Shown piece by piece: positions 1-10,864 of a stretch of DNA of 64,000 nt; within the stretch, counting starts at the first letter, position 1, and each line of letters opens with the position of its first letter. The DNA is taken from contig CAWJIM010000023.1 of assembly GCA_963842945.1 (NCBI GenBank), positions 224,001-288,000 of the forward strand, given 5' to 3'. The notes under the pieces are model-generated. The model was not told the DNA's origin and ran no database searches. It saw only the letters and a list, made by a program, of their open reading frames with translations. The DNA comes from an uncultured Gemmatimonadales bacterium. GTDB taxonomy: Bacteria > Gemmatimonadota > Gemmatimonadetes > Gemmatimonadales > GWC2-71-9. The translations under genes were made by a program, and so were the position numbers.

Positions 1-2612
1 GCTTCACTCCTCAGGTGATCCAGCGCAATGTGTTGGAGAACCCCGGCTGGTACACCGCCTATACCCCCTACCAGGCAGAGATCGCCCAGGGGCGGTTGGA
101 GGCCCTGCTCAACTTTCAGACCGTGGTGTCCGACCTGACCGGTCTCGAAGTCGCGAACGCATCGTTGCTCGACGAGGCAACCGCCGCAGCCGAGGCGATG
201 AACCTGAGCCTGGCGGTACGCAGCGCGAGAGGCCAACCGGTCTATCTGGTGGATGATCGCTGCCATCCTCAGACCATCGCCGTGGTTCGCACCCGGGCCG
301 AGGCGCGGGGCATAATGGTCCGCCTGGCCGACCCCACTACGTTCACCTTCGACCCCGACGTGATCGGCGCGCTGGTGCAGTATCCGGCCACCGACGGCGA
401 GGTGCGCGACTTCCGGGCCGTGTGCGAGCGGGCCCACGCGGCCGGCGCGCTGGTTACCGCCGCCACGGACCTTCTCAGTCTGACCCTGCTTACGCCTCCC
501 GGCGAGTGGGGCGCCGATGTAGCGGTGGGAAACAGCCAACGTTTCGGCGTTCCCATGGGATATGGCGGGCCCCACGCCGCCTTCTTCGCTACCAAAGAGG
601 CCTACAAGCGATACCTGCCCGGACGAATCATCGGGGTCTCGAAGGACCGAGATGGACGTCCGGCTCTCCGGATGGCGCTGCAGACGCGCGAGCAGCACAT
701 CCGGCGGGACAAGGCCACCAGCAACGTCTGCACGGCCCAGGTGCTCCTCGCCGTGATGGCCAGCATGTACGCGGTCTATCACGGGCCGGCGGGTCTCCGT
801 CGCATTGCCGAGCGGGTACACGCCCGGACGGTCATCCTGGCCAACGCTCTCCGCCGCCTGGGCTATCGGGTGGTTTACGAGGATTACTTCGACACGATCT
901 GCGTGGAGGCGGAAGGCTGGGCTCTGCCGCGGCTGCTGGATGCCGCCCGAGTGCGGAACATCAACCTGCGGCAGCTATCGCCCACGCGCCTCTGCGTAGC
1001 CCTCGACGAAACCGTTACTCTCGGCGACGTGGCGGACCTGATCACCATCTTCTCGCTCAATGAAGCGCTTCCCTTCATGCTGGAGGACATCGGCACCAAG
1101 CGGGAACGCGCCATCCCCAAGGCCCTCAGCCCGGACCAGCTCCTACCTCGAGCACCCGGTGTTCCACCGGCACCATTCCGAAACCGAGATGCTCCGCTAC
1201 ATCAAGCGGCTGGAAGCCAAGGACCTGTCATTGACCTCGGCGATGATTCCGCTGGGGTCCTGCACCATGAAGCTGAACGCCACTACCGAGATGATGCCGG
1301 TGAGCTGGAGAGAGTTCAACCGGCTGCACCCGTTTGCCCCGCGGGATCAGGCCGCCGGGTATCAGCTGCTGTTCAACCAACTGGAGTATCAGCTGGCGGA
1401 GATCACCGGATTTGCGTCGGTGTCGCTGCAGCCCAACGCAGGGTCTCAGGGCGAATACGCCGGGCTCCTCGTGATCCGTGCCTACCACCGCTCCCGGGGC
1501 GAATCGCACCGCATCACCTGCCTCATTCCGCAGTCGGCCCACGGCACCAATCCCGCCAGCGCCGTAATGGCCGGGATGCAGGTGGTGGCCGTGAAGAGCG
1601 ACGCCCGGGGCAACATCGACCTGGAAGATCTCAGAGCCAAGGCGGCGAAACACCGGGAGACTCTGGCCGCGCTGATGATCACCTATCCCTCGACCCACGG
1701 CGTGTTCGAAGGGTCAGTGCGGGAGATCTGCCGGGTGATTCACGAGCATGGCGGGCAGGTGTACATGGATGGCGCCAACATGAACGCGCAGGTGGGTCTC
1801 TGCCGTCCGGGCGACATCGGAGCCGACGTGTGCCACCTGAACCTTCATAAGACCTTCTGCATTCCTCATGGCGGCGGAGGACCGGGCATGGGGCCCATCG
1901 GCGTCGCGGCGCACCTGGTGCCGTTTCTGCCCGGGCACCCGATCGTGGACCTGGACCATTCGGCGGCCTGCGGCACGGTATCGGCGGCTCCATGGGGAAG
2001 CGCGGCCATCCTGCCGATCTCCTGGGCGTACATCGCTCTCATGGGATATGACGGTCTGAGCGAAGCCACTCAGATCGCCATCCTCAACGCCAACTACGTT
2101 GCCCGCCGTCTGGCCGACCACTATCCCCTGCTCTACACCGGACAGAATGGGCTGGTAGCTCATGAGTGCATCATCGATACCCGGCCCTACAAGAGCTTCG
2201 GCCGGCGTCGATGTGGAGGACATTGCCAAGCGAATCATAGACTACGGTTTTCATCCTCCCACGGTCTCCTTCCCGGTGCCCGGGACCCTCATGGTCGAGC
2301 CTACCGAAAGCGAATCCAAGGAGGAGCTCGACCGCTTCTGCGACGCGCTCATTTCCATCCGGGAGGAAATTCGGGAGATCGAGGAGGGACGGGCTGACCG
2401 GGAGAATAATCTGCTGACCAATGCGCCTCATACGCTGGAGCAGGTGATCTCCGATAACTGGGACCGGCCGTATTCCCGTGAGCGAGCGGCCTACCCGTCA
2501 CGCGGAGGTGCGGCAGCACAAGGTGTGGCCCACGGTAGGCCGGATCGACAGCGCCTACGGAGACCGCAATCTGGTGTGCAGCTGTCCTCCGATCGAGGCC
2601 TATGGAGCCTAG
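1..2612 (+). CDS. gcvP: Glycine dehydrogenase (glycine cleavage P protein), 5'-truncated by window, frameshifted near 1130, 2195 and 2505
   Basis: Motifs [64 protein letters not shown] (PLP Lys), and final-frame [17 protein letters not shown] ending at TAG 2610-2612. Confidence 0.97.
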
Positions 2613-3382
2613 CTGGCAGGCTGTGGGTGGATGAGACTGCCCGTCCCGGCTGGTCCAACATGTCGATTGACATGGCGCTTCTGGATCGAGCCGAGCAGCA
2701 GGCCGAAAGCTGGTTCCGACTCTATCGCTGGGAGCCGGGGTGCCTATCGTTTGGGCGGCACGAGCCGGCGTCTCGCCGCTACGATGCGGAGCGGATTGGT
2801 CGGTTAGGGCTGGATGCCGTAAGACGTCCGACCGGTGGACGTGCCGTGTGGCACGAATCCGAGCTGACCTATGCGGTCGCGTGCCCTTGCTCCCGATTCC
2901 CTTCCCTGCGGGACGCATATTTGGAGATTCACCGACTCCTGGCGGAGGCGCTGCGGAGCGTCGGGATCGAGGCCGTCCTGGCCCCGCGGAGTCCGCACAC
3001 GCGGCACTGGACTCGGGGGCCTGTTTTTCCCAGCCTGCCGGCGGCGAGGTGTTGGTGAATGGCCGAAAAGTGATCGGCAGTGCCCAGCTGAGACGCGGGC
3101 GGCGCGCTGCTCCAACACGGGTCCATACTGCTGCGCGACGATCAGCATCGGGTCGGAGACCTGGTTCAGGGCGGCTCGGGCTTATCTCCCTCAGCGCTGG
3201 ACGAGCCCCGTCTCCCCTCGCCCGGTTGCGGCCTCAGGAACTGGCTGAAGCCGTCACCGCGTCGGCCAGCATCCGCTGGGCTCCAGTCCGGGCCTGCCCC
3301 GACCGAACCTGGCGGGGTCCTCGATAGAGCGGCCCTGCACTACCCGCAATTCCGGTCCGCCGCGTGGACCTGGGCCAGATAA
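2602..3382 (+). CDS. Lipoate-protein ligase A / LipM-like octanoyltransferase (frameshifted)
   Basis: [55 protein letters not shown] spread over several frames; directly follows gcvP. Confidence 0.9.
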
Positions 3383-3400
3383 ACCGTCTCACGCTCAGGT

Positions 3401-5020
3401 ATTCCGAGGCTTCGAACGCTGCCCGCATTCCTGCTGCTGCTCGCCGGCCCGGCTGCGGCACAATCGAGCAGCGGACAACGCAGCAGCATTGTCATTGCGG
3501 TGGGAGAACAGGCCACCGTCCCGATCCCCACCCTGATGGAAGGGCCGGCGGGAACGCTGGGCAACCTGGAGCTGGCGGATCAGCTCTTCCTCCGGCTCGC
3601 CGGTCCGGGACCGACACTGGTGACCTCGGGCGATCGCGACTTCGTGCCGCTTCTGGCCCGTTCCTGGACCCGTCGGGACTCGGTGACGCTCGCATTCGAC
3701 CTCGATCCCCGCGCCCGCTGGCAAGACGGCGTTCCGGTTACCTCGCGCGATGTGGTCTTTACCTTCCAGCGGGCAAAGAACCCGGCCATTGCTCCCCGAC
3801 TCGTCGGGCTCCTGCGCAACGTCAGCTCGGTGACCGCCGAGAGCGATCGGCGGGTTGTATTCCGCTTTGCTCGTCCCTACGCGGAGCAGCTGTACGACGC
3901 CACCTTCCACGCCGCACCGCTGCCGGCGCATCTACTCGACACGATGCCGGCGGAGGCCGTGGCCCACTCGGACTTCGTTGCTCATCCGGTAGGCAGCGGG
4001 CCCTATAAACTGGTGCGGATTGTCTCCGGACAGTTTGTCGAGCTGGCGGCGAACGAGAATTTCTTTCTGGGCAAACCCAAGATCGAGCGGGTGATCATCC
4101 GGGTTGCTCCGGATCCGGACGCTCGCATCAATCTGGTGCTGAGCGGCCAGGCCGATGCGGTGGACAATGTGATTCCACCGTTGGAAAACATTCAGCGGAT
4201 CCAGAGCGATACCAGCTTGCGCCTGATCCCCGTCCCATCCCCTACGGTGGGCTTTCTGCTGTTCAATCAGAAAGACCCGCGCAACCAGGCTGAGCCTCAC
4301 CCCATTCTCTCCGACGTGCGGGTGCGGCGAGCCATCACGCTTGGGCTCGATCGCCAATTGTTGATTCATGCCGTGTTCGGATCGTACGCCCAGGTGCCCT
4401 ATGGACCGGTGTCATCCATTCTATGGATCCGAAACGGCGCCCCCAAACCCGCTCGCCAGAATGTGGAGGAGGCCAAGCGGCTGCTCAGCGATGCTGGATG
4501 GCGGGATTCCAATGGTGATGGTATCCGAGACCGGGAAGGCCGGCCTCTGACGCTGACGCTATCGCTCCCCACCACCAGTGCGGTCCGCCGAAAGCTCTCG
4601 GTATTGATTCAGGAACAGCTCCGGCAGATCGGAATCGGCCTCGAGCTGCAGCAGATGGAGTTTCCGTTCTGGATCGAGCGACGCACGGCGGGCAAGTTCG
4701 ACATCGATTTTGCCGGGACGACCCAGGATCCTTCGCCTACCGGCCTGACCCAGGCCTGGAGCTGTGCCGGCGGGACCAATGTCGCCAAGTACTGTAATCC
4801 ACGAACGGATTCGCTGCTCGACGTGGCCATCAACACGCGCCCCAAGGGCGATCCCGCCCAACCCTGGATTGCCGCACTGCGGCAGATCGAGGCCGATGCA
4901 CCGGGGACCTTCCTCTACGCTCCCTTCTACGTGTATGCCGTGAAGCGCCGATTCCGCAACGTGAGCATCACGCCGTCATCATCCTGGCTGATGTTGCGGG
5001 AGTGGTCGGATTCCAGATGA
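3401..5020 (+). CDS. Peptide ABC transporter substrate-binding protein (family 5)
   Basis: PLLARSW, WQDGVPVTSRDVVFTF, PVGSGPYKL, DVRVRRAI; in-frame signal peptide from ATT 3401 (ORF track starts at GTG 3500). Confidence 0.93.
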   Translation: MPRLRTLPAFLLLLAGPAAAQSSSGQRSSIVIAVGEQATVPIPTLMEGPAGTLGNLELADQLFLRLAGPGPTLVTSGDRDFVPLLARSWTRRDSVTLAFDLDPRARWQDGVPVTSRDVVFTFQRAKNPAIAPRLVGLLRNVSSVTAESDRRVVFRFARPYAEQLYDATFHAAPLPAHLLDTMPAEAVAHSDFVAHPVGSGPYKLVRIVSGQFVELAANENFFLGKPKIERVIIRVAPDPDARINLVLSGQADAVDNVIPPLENIQRIQSDTSLRLIPVPSPTVGFLLFNQKDPRNQAEPHPILSDVRVRRAITLGLDRQLLIHAVFGSYAQVPYGPVSSILWIRNGAPKPARQNVEEAKRLLSDAGWRDSNGDGIRDREGRPLTLTLSLPTTSAVRRKLSVLIQEQLRQIGIGLELQQMEFPFWIERRTAGKFDIDFAGTTQDPSPTGLTQAWSCAGGTNVAKYCNPRTDSLLDVAINTRPKGDPAQPWIAALRQIEADAPGTFLYAPFYVYAVKRRFRNVSITPSSSWLMLREWSDSR

Positions 5021-5988
5021 GGGGCTGGCTGCTTCGCCGGGCACTCCAGGCAGTCGCGGTGCTCGCGATTGCGCTGACACTGCTTTTCTTCTTGATGCGG
5101 GCGGCCCCGGGAGACCCGCTGTCTCGCGCCAGCGAGGTACGCCCGCTGACTCCGGCCGAGCTCGCCGGGTTGCGGGCGCGGTACGGCCTGGACCGGCCGC
5201 TCGGTGCCCAATACGTCTCGTTCATCACCGGCTTGGTGAAGGGCGACCTCGGTGTTTCCATCGAGTACGCCCGACCGGTAACAGCGCTCCTGGCTGAACG
5301 TCTGCCAGCAACGCTGCTGCTGGGCGGCAGCGTTCTCCTCCTCAACTTTACTGTCGGGCTCTGGCTCGGGGTCCGGCAGGCAGTGCACCGTAACCAGCGG
5401 GAAGACCGCTGGCTCACCACCATCTCCTTGCTGGGGTACGCTACACCCTCCTTCTGGCTGGGGCTGGTTCTCGCCTGGCTGGTGGGCATCAAACTGCGAC
5501 TGCTCCCGGCTGCCGGCATGCAGGATCCACTCCTGAGCTTCGACGCCAGCTTCGGGGTCAGAGCCGGCGACGTACTGCGCCACCTGGTATTGCCGGCTCT
5601 AACCCTCAGCATCGTGAGCATCGCCGCGACCATGCGATACCAACGCACCGCCATGCTCGAGGTCCTGAACCTGCCCTTCATGATGACCGCGCGGGCCAAG
5701 GGATTGCCCGAGCGCGAAATCATCTGGCGCCACGGATGGCGCAATGCGCTGTTTCCAGTGATCACTCTTTTCGGCCTCTGGCTCCCGGTTTTGGTGACTG
5801 GCTCGGTGTTCGTTGAAGCTGTCTTCGCCTGGCCGGGACTCGGTTCGCTCGCAGCCGGTGCCGTGTGGGGAAGGGACTACCCGGTTCTCATGGGAGCCTC
5901 ACTGCTCGTGGCCGGGCTGGTTGTGCTGGGCGGATTTCTTACCGACGTTGCCTACGCACTGCTCGATCCCCGCGTACGATTGGCGTGA
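5017..5988 (+). CDS. Peptide ABC transporter permease (DppB/OppB type)
   Basis: PGDP, YGLDRPL, GDLGVS, TARAKGL (EAA loop), VEAVFAWPGLG, LDPRVR; ATGA overlap with upstream gene. Confidence 0.95.
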   Translation: MRGWLLRRALQAVAVLAIALTLLFFLMRAAPGDPLSRASEVRPLTPAELAGLRARYGLDRPLGAQYVSFITGLVKGDLGVSIEYARPVTALLAERLPATLLLGGSVLLLNFTVGLWLGVRQAVHRNQREDRWLTTISLLGYATPSFWLGLVLAWLVGIKLRLLPAAGMQDPLLSFDASFGVRAGDVLRHLVLPALTLSIVSIAATMRYQRTAMLEVLNLPFMMTARAKGLPEREIIWRHGWRNALFPVITLFGLWLPVLVTGSVFVEAVFAWPGLGSLAAGAVWGRDYPVLMGASLLVAGLVVLGGFLTDVAYALLDPRVRLA

Positions 5989-6824
5989 GGCCGGCCTTCA
6001 GTGTGCTTCGGGAAGCCTGGCGCAATCCCGCTGGACGGGCAGGGGCAATTCTCCTCCTGGTAATCGCCATCAGCGCTCTGATAGGGCCCTGGTTCCTACC
6101 CGATCCGCTGGCCCAGCCCGACATCCTGGCGGGAAGCCTTCCGCCGGGACTTGGTCATCCCTTTGGTACCGATCAGCTCAACCGCGACGTTCTGGCGAGA
6201 GTCGTAGCTGGAGCCCGGGTATCGCTGAGTGTGGCTCTGCTGGCGGTGGGGCTCTCGGTGACAATCGGAGCGGCCGTCGGCCTGGTGTCGGGCTACTGGG
6301 GAGGCGTAGTGGACGCCGGGTTGATGCGGCTGGTTGACGGTGCGCTGGCCATTCCGCGGCTGTTCATACTACTGCTGGTCCTGGCTACCATGGATCGGGT
6401 GCCCCTCCCCGCTCTGATCGTGCTGATAGGCGCCACCGGCTGGTTTGCCACCAGCAGATTGGTCCGGGCCGAGGTGCTTCGGATCCGGGAAGAGACCTAC
6501 GTCCGCGCGGCCGAGGCGCTCGGGGCCCGGCGACGCCACGTTATCTTGCGGCATCTTCTCCCCAACACAATGGGACCTTTGCTGGTGGCAGCGACGCTTG
6601 GCGTTGGTGACGTGATTCTCCTGGAAGCAGGATTGTCTTTCCTCGGGCTCGGGGTGCAGCCGCCCACGCCGTCCTGGGGAAACATGGTTCTAGATTCGAA
6701 GGAAGTGCTGGTCAGCGCACCCTGGGTAAGCATTTTCCCCGGTCTCGCTATCGTGATAACCGTTCTCTCGGCAAACCTGGTCGGCGATGCGCTGCGCGAA
6801 ACCATCGACCCGCGGAGCGCATGA
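5985..6824 (+). CDS. Peptide ABC transporter permease (DppC/OppC type)
   Basis: HPFGTDQLNRD, YVRAAEALGA, RHLLPN, LSFLGLG.QPPTPSWG. Confidence 0.95.
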   Translation: MRPAFSVLREAWRNPAGRAGAILLLVIAISALIGPWFLPDPLAQPDILAGSLPPGLGHPFGTDQLNRDVLARVVAGARVSLSVALLAVGLSVTIGAAVGLVSGYWGGVVDAGLMRLVDGALAIPRLFILLLVLATMDRVPLPALIVLIGATGWFATSRLVRAEVLRIREETYVRAAEALGARRRHVILRHLLPNTMGPLLVAATLGVGDVILLEAGLSFLGLGVQPPTPSWGNMVLDSKEVLVSAPWVSIFPGLAIVITVLSANLVGDALRETIDPRSA

Positions 6825-7792
6825 CCCACGTCTTGGACGTGCAGAATCTTCGAGTGTCCTTCCCAGGCGACCACCGGCGGGTGTACCCGGTTGACGGGGT
6901 GAGCTTCTGGCTGGACCGCGGCGAAACCCTGGCCCTGGTCGGTGAGTCCGGCTGTGGCAAGAGTCTCAGCAGTCTGGCCCTCCTCCAGCTGGTTCCCAGT
7001 CCCGGACAGATTGACCCAGGCAGCGTGATCCGGTTGGCCGACACCGACGTGCTGGCATTGCGGGGAGAGGCGCTACGAAGAATCCGCGGCCGGCGGATCG
7101 GCATGATTTTTCAGGATCCGATGACCAGCCTCAACCCGGTGTTCCGGGTGGGAGACCAGATCGTCGAAGGAATTCGGGCGCATTTCAAGATTTCCCGAGC
7201 CGAAGCTCGCGATCGTGCGCTGCAGCTGCTTCAGGAGGTAGGAATCCCCGATCCGGTCGAGCGGCTGAATGCGTACCCGCATCAGCTGAGCGGAGGAATG
7301 CGGCAGCGGGTGATGATCGCGATTGCGCTCGCGGCCGAGCCGGAAATTCTCGTGGCCGACGAGCCCACCACCGCGTTGGACGTCACGGTCCAGGCGCAGA
7401 TTCTCGAGGTCCTGGACCGTCTCCGCACCAGCAGAGGCATGGCCGTGCTGCTGATTACCCATGATCTCGGCATCGTGGCCGGGCGGGCGGACCGGGTGGC
7501 TGTGATGTATGCGGGCCAGATCATCGAGGAGGCACCCACCGCACAACTCTTTGCCAATCCCTCGCACCCCTACACCCAGGGACTCTTTGCCTCGGTGCCT
7601 CGGATTACCGGACCACTCCGGCGGCTGACCCCAATACGGGGGAATGTGCCGGCACCATCAGCCTGGCCCAGCGGCTGTCGCTTCCGGCCCCGCTGCCCCA
7701 AGGCCTTCGACAAGAGTGAGCAGGAGCCCCCGCTGCTCCCCGTGGAGATGGATCATCGCATGCGTTGCTGGCTGGCTGAGCGAGATGGCTGA
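6821..7792 (+). CDS. Peptide ABC transporter ATP-binding protein (DppD/OppD type)
   Basis: Walker [27 protein letters not shown]-terminal GCRFRPRC. Confidence 0.96.
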   Translation: MTHVLDVQNLRVSFPGDHRRVYPVDGVSFWLDRGETLALVGESGCGKSLSSLALLQLVPSPGQIDPGSVIRLADTDVLALRGEALRRIRGRRIGMIFQDPMTSLNPVFRVGDQIVEGIRAHFKISRAEARDRALQLLQEVGIPDPVERLNAYPHQLSGGMRQRVMIAIALAAEPEILVADEPTTALDVTVQAQILEVLDRLRTSRGMAVLLITHDLGIVAGRADRVAVMYAGQIIEEAPTAQLFANPSHPYTQGLFASVPRITGPLRRLTPIRGNVPAPSAWPSGCRFRPRCPKAFDKSEQEPPLLPVEMDHRMRCWLAERDG

Positions 7793-8795
7793 TCCGAGCC
7801 CACCGTTGCTCTCGGTACGAGATCTGAAGAAGTACTATCAGGCCACCGGCTTGTTCGGACGCGCGGCTCCGCCCGTACGTGCGGTGGATGGAGTGTCCTT
7901 CGAGGTTGGCCGGGCCGAGACCCTGGCGTTGGTGGGAGAATCGGGTTGCGGCAAGTCGACGGTCGGGCGCACGATCCTGCGGCTGCAGGAGCCCACCAGC
8001 GGAAGCGCCGTCTTCGAGGGCGCTGACATTTTCTCGCTCGATCGAGCCTCCCTCCGCGCTCTCCGGCGGCGGATGCAGATCATCTTCCAAGACCCCTACA
8101 GCTCGCTCAACCCGCGCATGTCGGTCGGTGCCGCCGTCGCCGAAGGGATCGAGATTCACCGGCTCGCTCCCCGCAAGGAGATTCCGGAGCGGGTGAGCGC
8201 TCTCCTGCGCGAGGTGGGTCTCGACCCCGAATACGCCCGCCGCTATCCCCACGAGTTTTCCGGAGGCCAGCGACAGCGGATCGGGATTGCGCGCGCGCTT
8301 GCGGTGCAGCCGGCGTTCCTCGTGTGCGATGAGCCGGTGTCCGCTCTTGACGTATCGGTACAGGCCCAGGTGCTCAACCTGCTGTCCGATCTTCAGCAGC
8401 AGCGGGGGCTCTCCTACTTGTTCATTGCCCACGACCTGGCCGTGGTGCGGCAGATCGCTCACCGCATTGCGGTGATGTACCTGGGCCGGATAGTCGAGGA
8501 AGGCTCCACCGATCAGCTTTTGTCGAACCCCCGACACCCATATACAGTGGCACTGCTGTCGGCGGTGCCCGAGCCCGAGCCCGGTGGCGGACGGAGCCGT
8601 ATTGTGCTTCGGGGAGACCTGCCCAGCCCATCGAATCCACCGTCCGGCTGCCCCTTCCACACCCGCTGCTTTCACCCGGCTAGGAACGAGCGCTGCCGCG
8701 TCGAAGTGCCGCCGCTCCGGCCGGTTGCCGGGACGCTGGCAGCTTGTCACTACGCGGAAACGACACCCCAACCAGCGGAGGCTGGAGCTGCCTGA
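7785..8795 (+). CDS. Peptide ABC transporter ATP-binding protein (DppF/OppF type)
   Basis: [40 protein letters not shown]. Confidence 0.96.
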   Translation: MADPSPPLLSVRDLKKYYQATGLFGRAAPPVRAVDGVSFEVGRAETLALVGESGCGKSTVGRTILRLQEPTSGSAVFEGADIFSLDRASLRALRRRMQIIFQDPYSSLNPRMSVGAAVAEGIEIHRLAPRKEIPERVSALLREVGLDPEYARRYPHEFSGGQRQRIGIARALAVQPAFLVCDEPVSALDVSVQAQVLNLLSDLQQQRGLSYLFIAHDLAVVRQIAHRIAVMYLGRIVEEGSTDQLLSNPRHPYTVALLSAVPEPEPGGGRSRIVLRGDLPSPSNPPSGCPFHTRCFHPARNERCRVEVPPLRPVAGTLAACHYAETTPQPAEAGAA

Positions 8796-8881
8796 TAGTG
8801 CCGTGACCCTGCTCACTGCTGCACCTCTCTGCCCGGCTGATTTTATCCTTGCTTCTCACATAACCCCAACGGGGGAACGAC

Positions 8882-9103
8882 ATGACCGAGAAAAAAGACC
8901 TGGGCAAGCAGGGCGTGAAGGATGAGCTCAAGGGTGTGGCCAAGCAGGTGGAAGGCAGAGTGCGGGGCACTGTGGGTGGTGCCACCGGCAACACCGGCGA
9001 GCAGATCAAAGGCAAGGCTCAGGAAATCAAAGGGAAGTTCCAGCAGGGAGTCGGCCGAACAGAGCAGGACCTCGACGCCGACGCCGAGAGCAACGAGAGA
9101 TAG
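8882..9103 (+). CDS. csbD: CsbD-family general stress protein
   Basis: 73 aa, DELKGVAKQVEGRVRGTVGGATGN...KGKAQEIKGKFQ; GGGGG SD upstream. Confidence 0.88.
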   Translation: MTEKKDLGKQGVKDELKGVAKQVEGRVRGTVGGATGNTGEQIKGKAQEIKGKFQQGVGRTEQDLDADAESNER

Positions 9104-9114
9104 CTGCGGAACGC

Positions 9115-9154
9115 CAAAGGGGGCCGAAGCTCGTACGAGCTTCGGCCCCCTTTG
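9115..9154. terminator. Bidirectional intrinsic terminator (perfect 40-bp palindrome)
   Basis: CAAAGGGGGCCGAAGCTCGTACGAGCTTCGGCCCCCTTTG equals its own reverse complement; lies between convergent csbD and sigma-28 genes. Confidence 0.85.
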
Positions 9155-9172
9155 TATCTCAGAGTAATTTGC

Positions 9173-10006
9173 CTACGACTTGCCGCTCAGCGTCGGCCCG
9201 GCCTCCGCAAGCTCCTGCCGCAGCCGTTTCAGAGCCTGGCTTCGAATCTGGGATACCCGGGACTCGCTCACGTGCAGTACCTCACCCACCTGACGCAGGT
9301 TGAGCTCCTCGTAGTAGTACAGCGCCAGCACCCGCCGCTGCTGCTCGGGCAGCCGTGAGATCAGCTGACGTAAATGTGCCACGTGCTCCGTCTCCACCAG
9401 CTTCTGGGTTGGCGAGGTGATCGAAGGATCGGCATGGGTTTCGGCATCGCGCGAAAACCGCCGTCCGTGCGACGGCCGAGGGGTCTCCGCCTCCGCGTAC
9501 ACGCCCACAGCATCCTTCCATTTCCAGTAGGTCGTGATGTCGATGCCGAGATGAGCGGCAACCTCCTGTGGGGTGGGCGCGCGGCCCAGGCGGGATTCCA
9601 GCGCCGCCGCAATTGCCTCGATGCGTCTGCGCTTGACCCGCACGGACCGGGGCGTCGAGTCACGGCTTCGAAGATCGTCCAGAATCGCACCCCGGATCCG
9701 GAGCACCGCATAGGTACTGAAGGCCAGCCCACGGGACAGATCGAAGCTGTCCAGTGCCTTCATCAGACCCAACGCGCCGGCGCTCACCAGCTCACCGAGC
9801 TCAACCGAAGGAATGCGGCGAGAAACTTCCCGCGCGACATGATGAACCAGACCGAGGTGGCGGACCAGAAGCTGCGCTCGCGCTTCGGCGTCGCCCGCAG
9901 AACGGTATCTGGCCCAGAGCGACTCGGTCCGGTCCTCCGTCTGGGCAGCAGGGCTCGCGGTCATTGCCGGTACCCTGTGGTGTCGGGAGTGGCTGCCATC
10001 GGACAT
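9173..10006 (-). CDS. fliA: FliA/WhiG/SigD-family (sigma-28) RNA polymerase sigma factor (start may be 9964)
   Basis: ELVSAGALGLMKALDSFD, FSTYAVLRIRGAILDDLR..D..PRSVR, LGRAPT.QEVA, LYYYEELNLRQVGEVLHVSESRVSQI. Confidence 0.93.
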   Translation of the reverse strand: MSDGSHSRHHRVPAMTASPAAQTEDRTESLWARYRSAGDAEARAQLLVRHLGLVHHVAREVSRRIPSVELGELVSAGALGLMKALDSFDLSRGLAFSTYAVLRIRGAILDDLRSRDSTPRSVRVKRRRIEAIAAALESRLGRAPTPQEVAAHLGIDITTYWKWKDAVGVYAEAETPRPSHGRRFSRDAETHADPSITSPTQKLVETEHVAHLRQLISRLPEQQRRVLALYYYEELNLRQVGEVLHVSESRVSQIRSQALKRLRQELAEAGPTLSGKS

Positions 10007-10584
10007 CCATTGCGGAGTGTGATCGGGGGAAGAGTGCGCCGCTCAACCCGGTTCATCCCGGGTGAAGGAGCGTCCTCGTAACTCTCGGCCGAGGTGAAGG
10101 CAACGGCTGTACCACCAGTGCCGGGGAATGCAGTGGATCGGCTGCAAATTTCTGCAGCGCGCTTCAACTCATTGTGGTGTGGTCGTTTAAAGGAGGGGTC
10201 TGCAGGCGCGTCTGACCCGGGCGGGGCTGGAGCGGCGGCAGACTACGTCAGGCAAGAGGCCAGAGACAGGCCAAAACGGCGAGGGGCCCGGCAAGATGCA
10301 GGGGTAGTGCACGGCATCTTCGATCGTGGCTACTGCGCTGCAGACGAGAACGGCCCGGGTAGATCAGGACTTGATCTGGTCGACGGCCCGGATGCGGTCC
10401 GGCACTTTTGACCAGGTGCAGACTTCTCCCCACTGTGCGTCCCGGGTGTCATCGTCAGGCGGAGACCGAGGAACAGACAAGAGCATCGGAACAGCAGCTA
10501 AAATCTTGAGCCGCTTTCCTCTTGGGAATCGACGAGGTTGGAGGACTGGTCAGTCGAGAGGTGTTGGGTTACAATCAACAGACG

Positions 10585-10612
10585 TAAAGAATCGCTGGTC
10601 GCGGGCCGAAAA
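10585..10612 (+). promoter_or_regulatory. Sigma-28-type promoter
   Basis: TAAA (10585-10588)-N16-GCCGAAAA (10605-10612) versus consensus TAAA-N15/16-GCCGATAA; about 67 nt upstream of the FlgM-like ORF. Confidence 0.7.
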
Positions 10613-10679
10613 CTCACCGTACTCACTTCAACGGGCGCTGTCCCACTCCCAAGGCGCTCGAGCTCGGAAAGGTTCAGCG

Positions 10680-10859
10680 TTGGCTCATCCCGATGAGTAC
10701 CGGACGACCCCGCAAGTCGAAGCCGACCGGCTCCGGCTCATTCACCAGCGCCTGCAAACCGACTTCTACGAAGTGCCTCCCGCATCGGAGCACATTGCGG
10801 CGGCGGTTCTGGCCGATCTGACAGACCTCGAAGAAGGCGCTTCCTCCCTCCCGCACTAA
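10680..10859 (+). CDS. Small FlgM-like (anti-sigma-28) protein, 59 aa
   Basis: TTG start with [41 protein letters not shown] resembles the FlgM C-terminal pattern; divergent from sigma-28 gene. Confidence 0.6.
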   Translation: MAHPDEYRTTPQVEADRLRLIHQRLQTDFYEVPPASEHIAAAVLADLTDLEEGASSLPH

Positions 10860-10864
10860 CCAGT

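Noticed and set aside
2162..3058. Apparent GcvP-lipoate ligase fusion ORF
   Set aside because: Artefact of indels; the true gcvP C-terminus ends at TAG 2612 in another frame.
10020..10046. Autoregulatory sigma-28 promoter for the sigma gene (TTGA-N15-CCCGATCA, minus)
   Set aside because: Too many mismatches to support by eye.
10007..10580. Riboswitch (for example c-di-GMP) or ORFs in the long sigma-28 intergenic region
   Set aside because: No recognisable aptamer consensus and ORFs lack coding features; an Rfam search would be needed.
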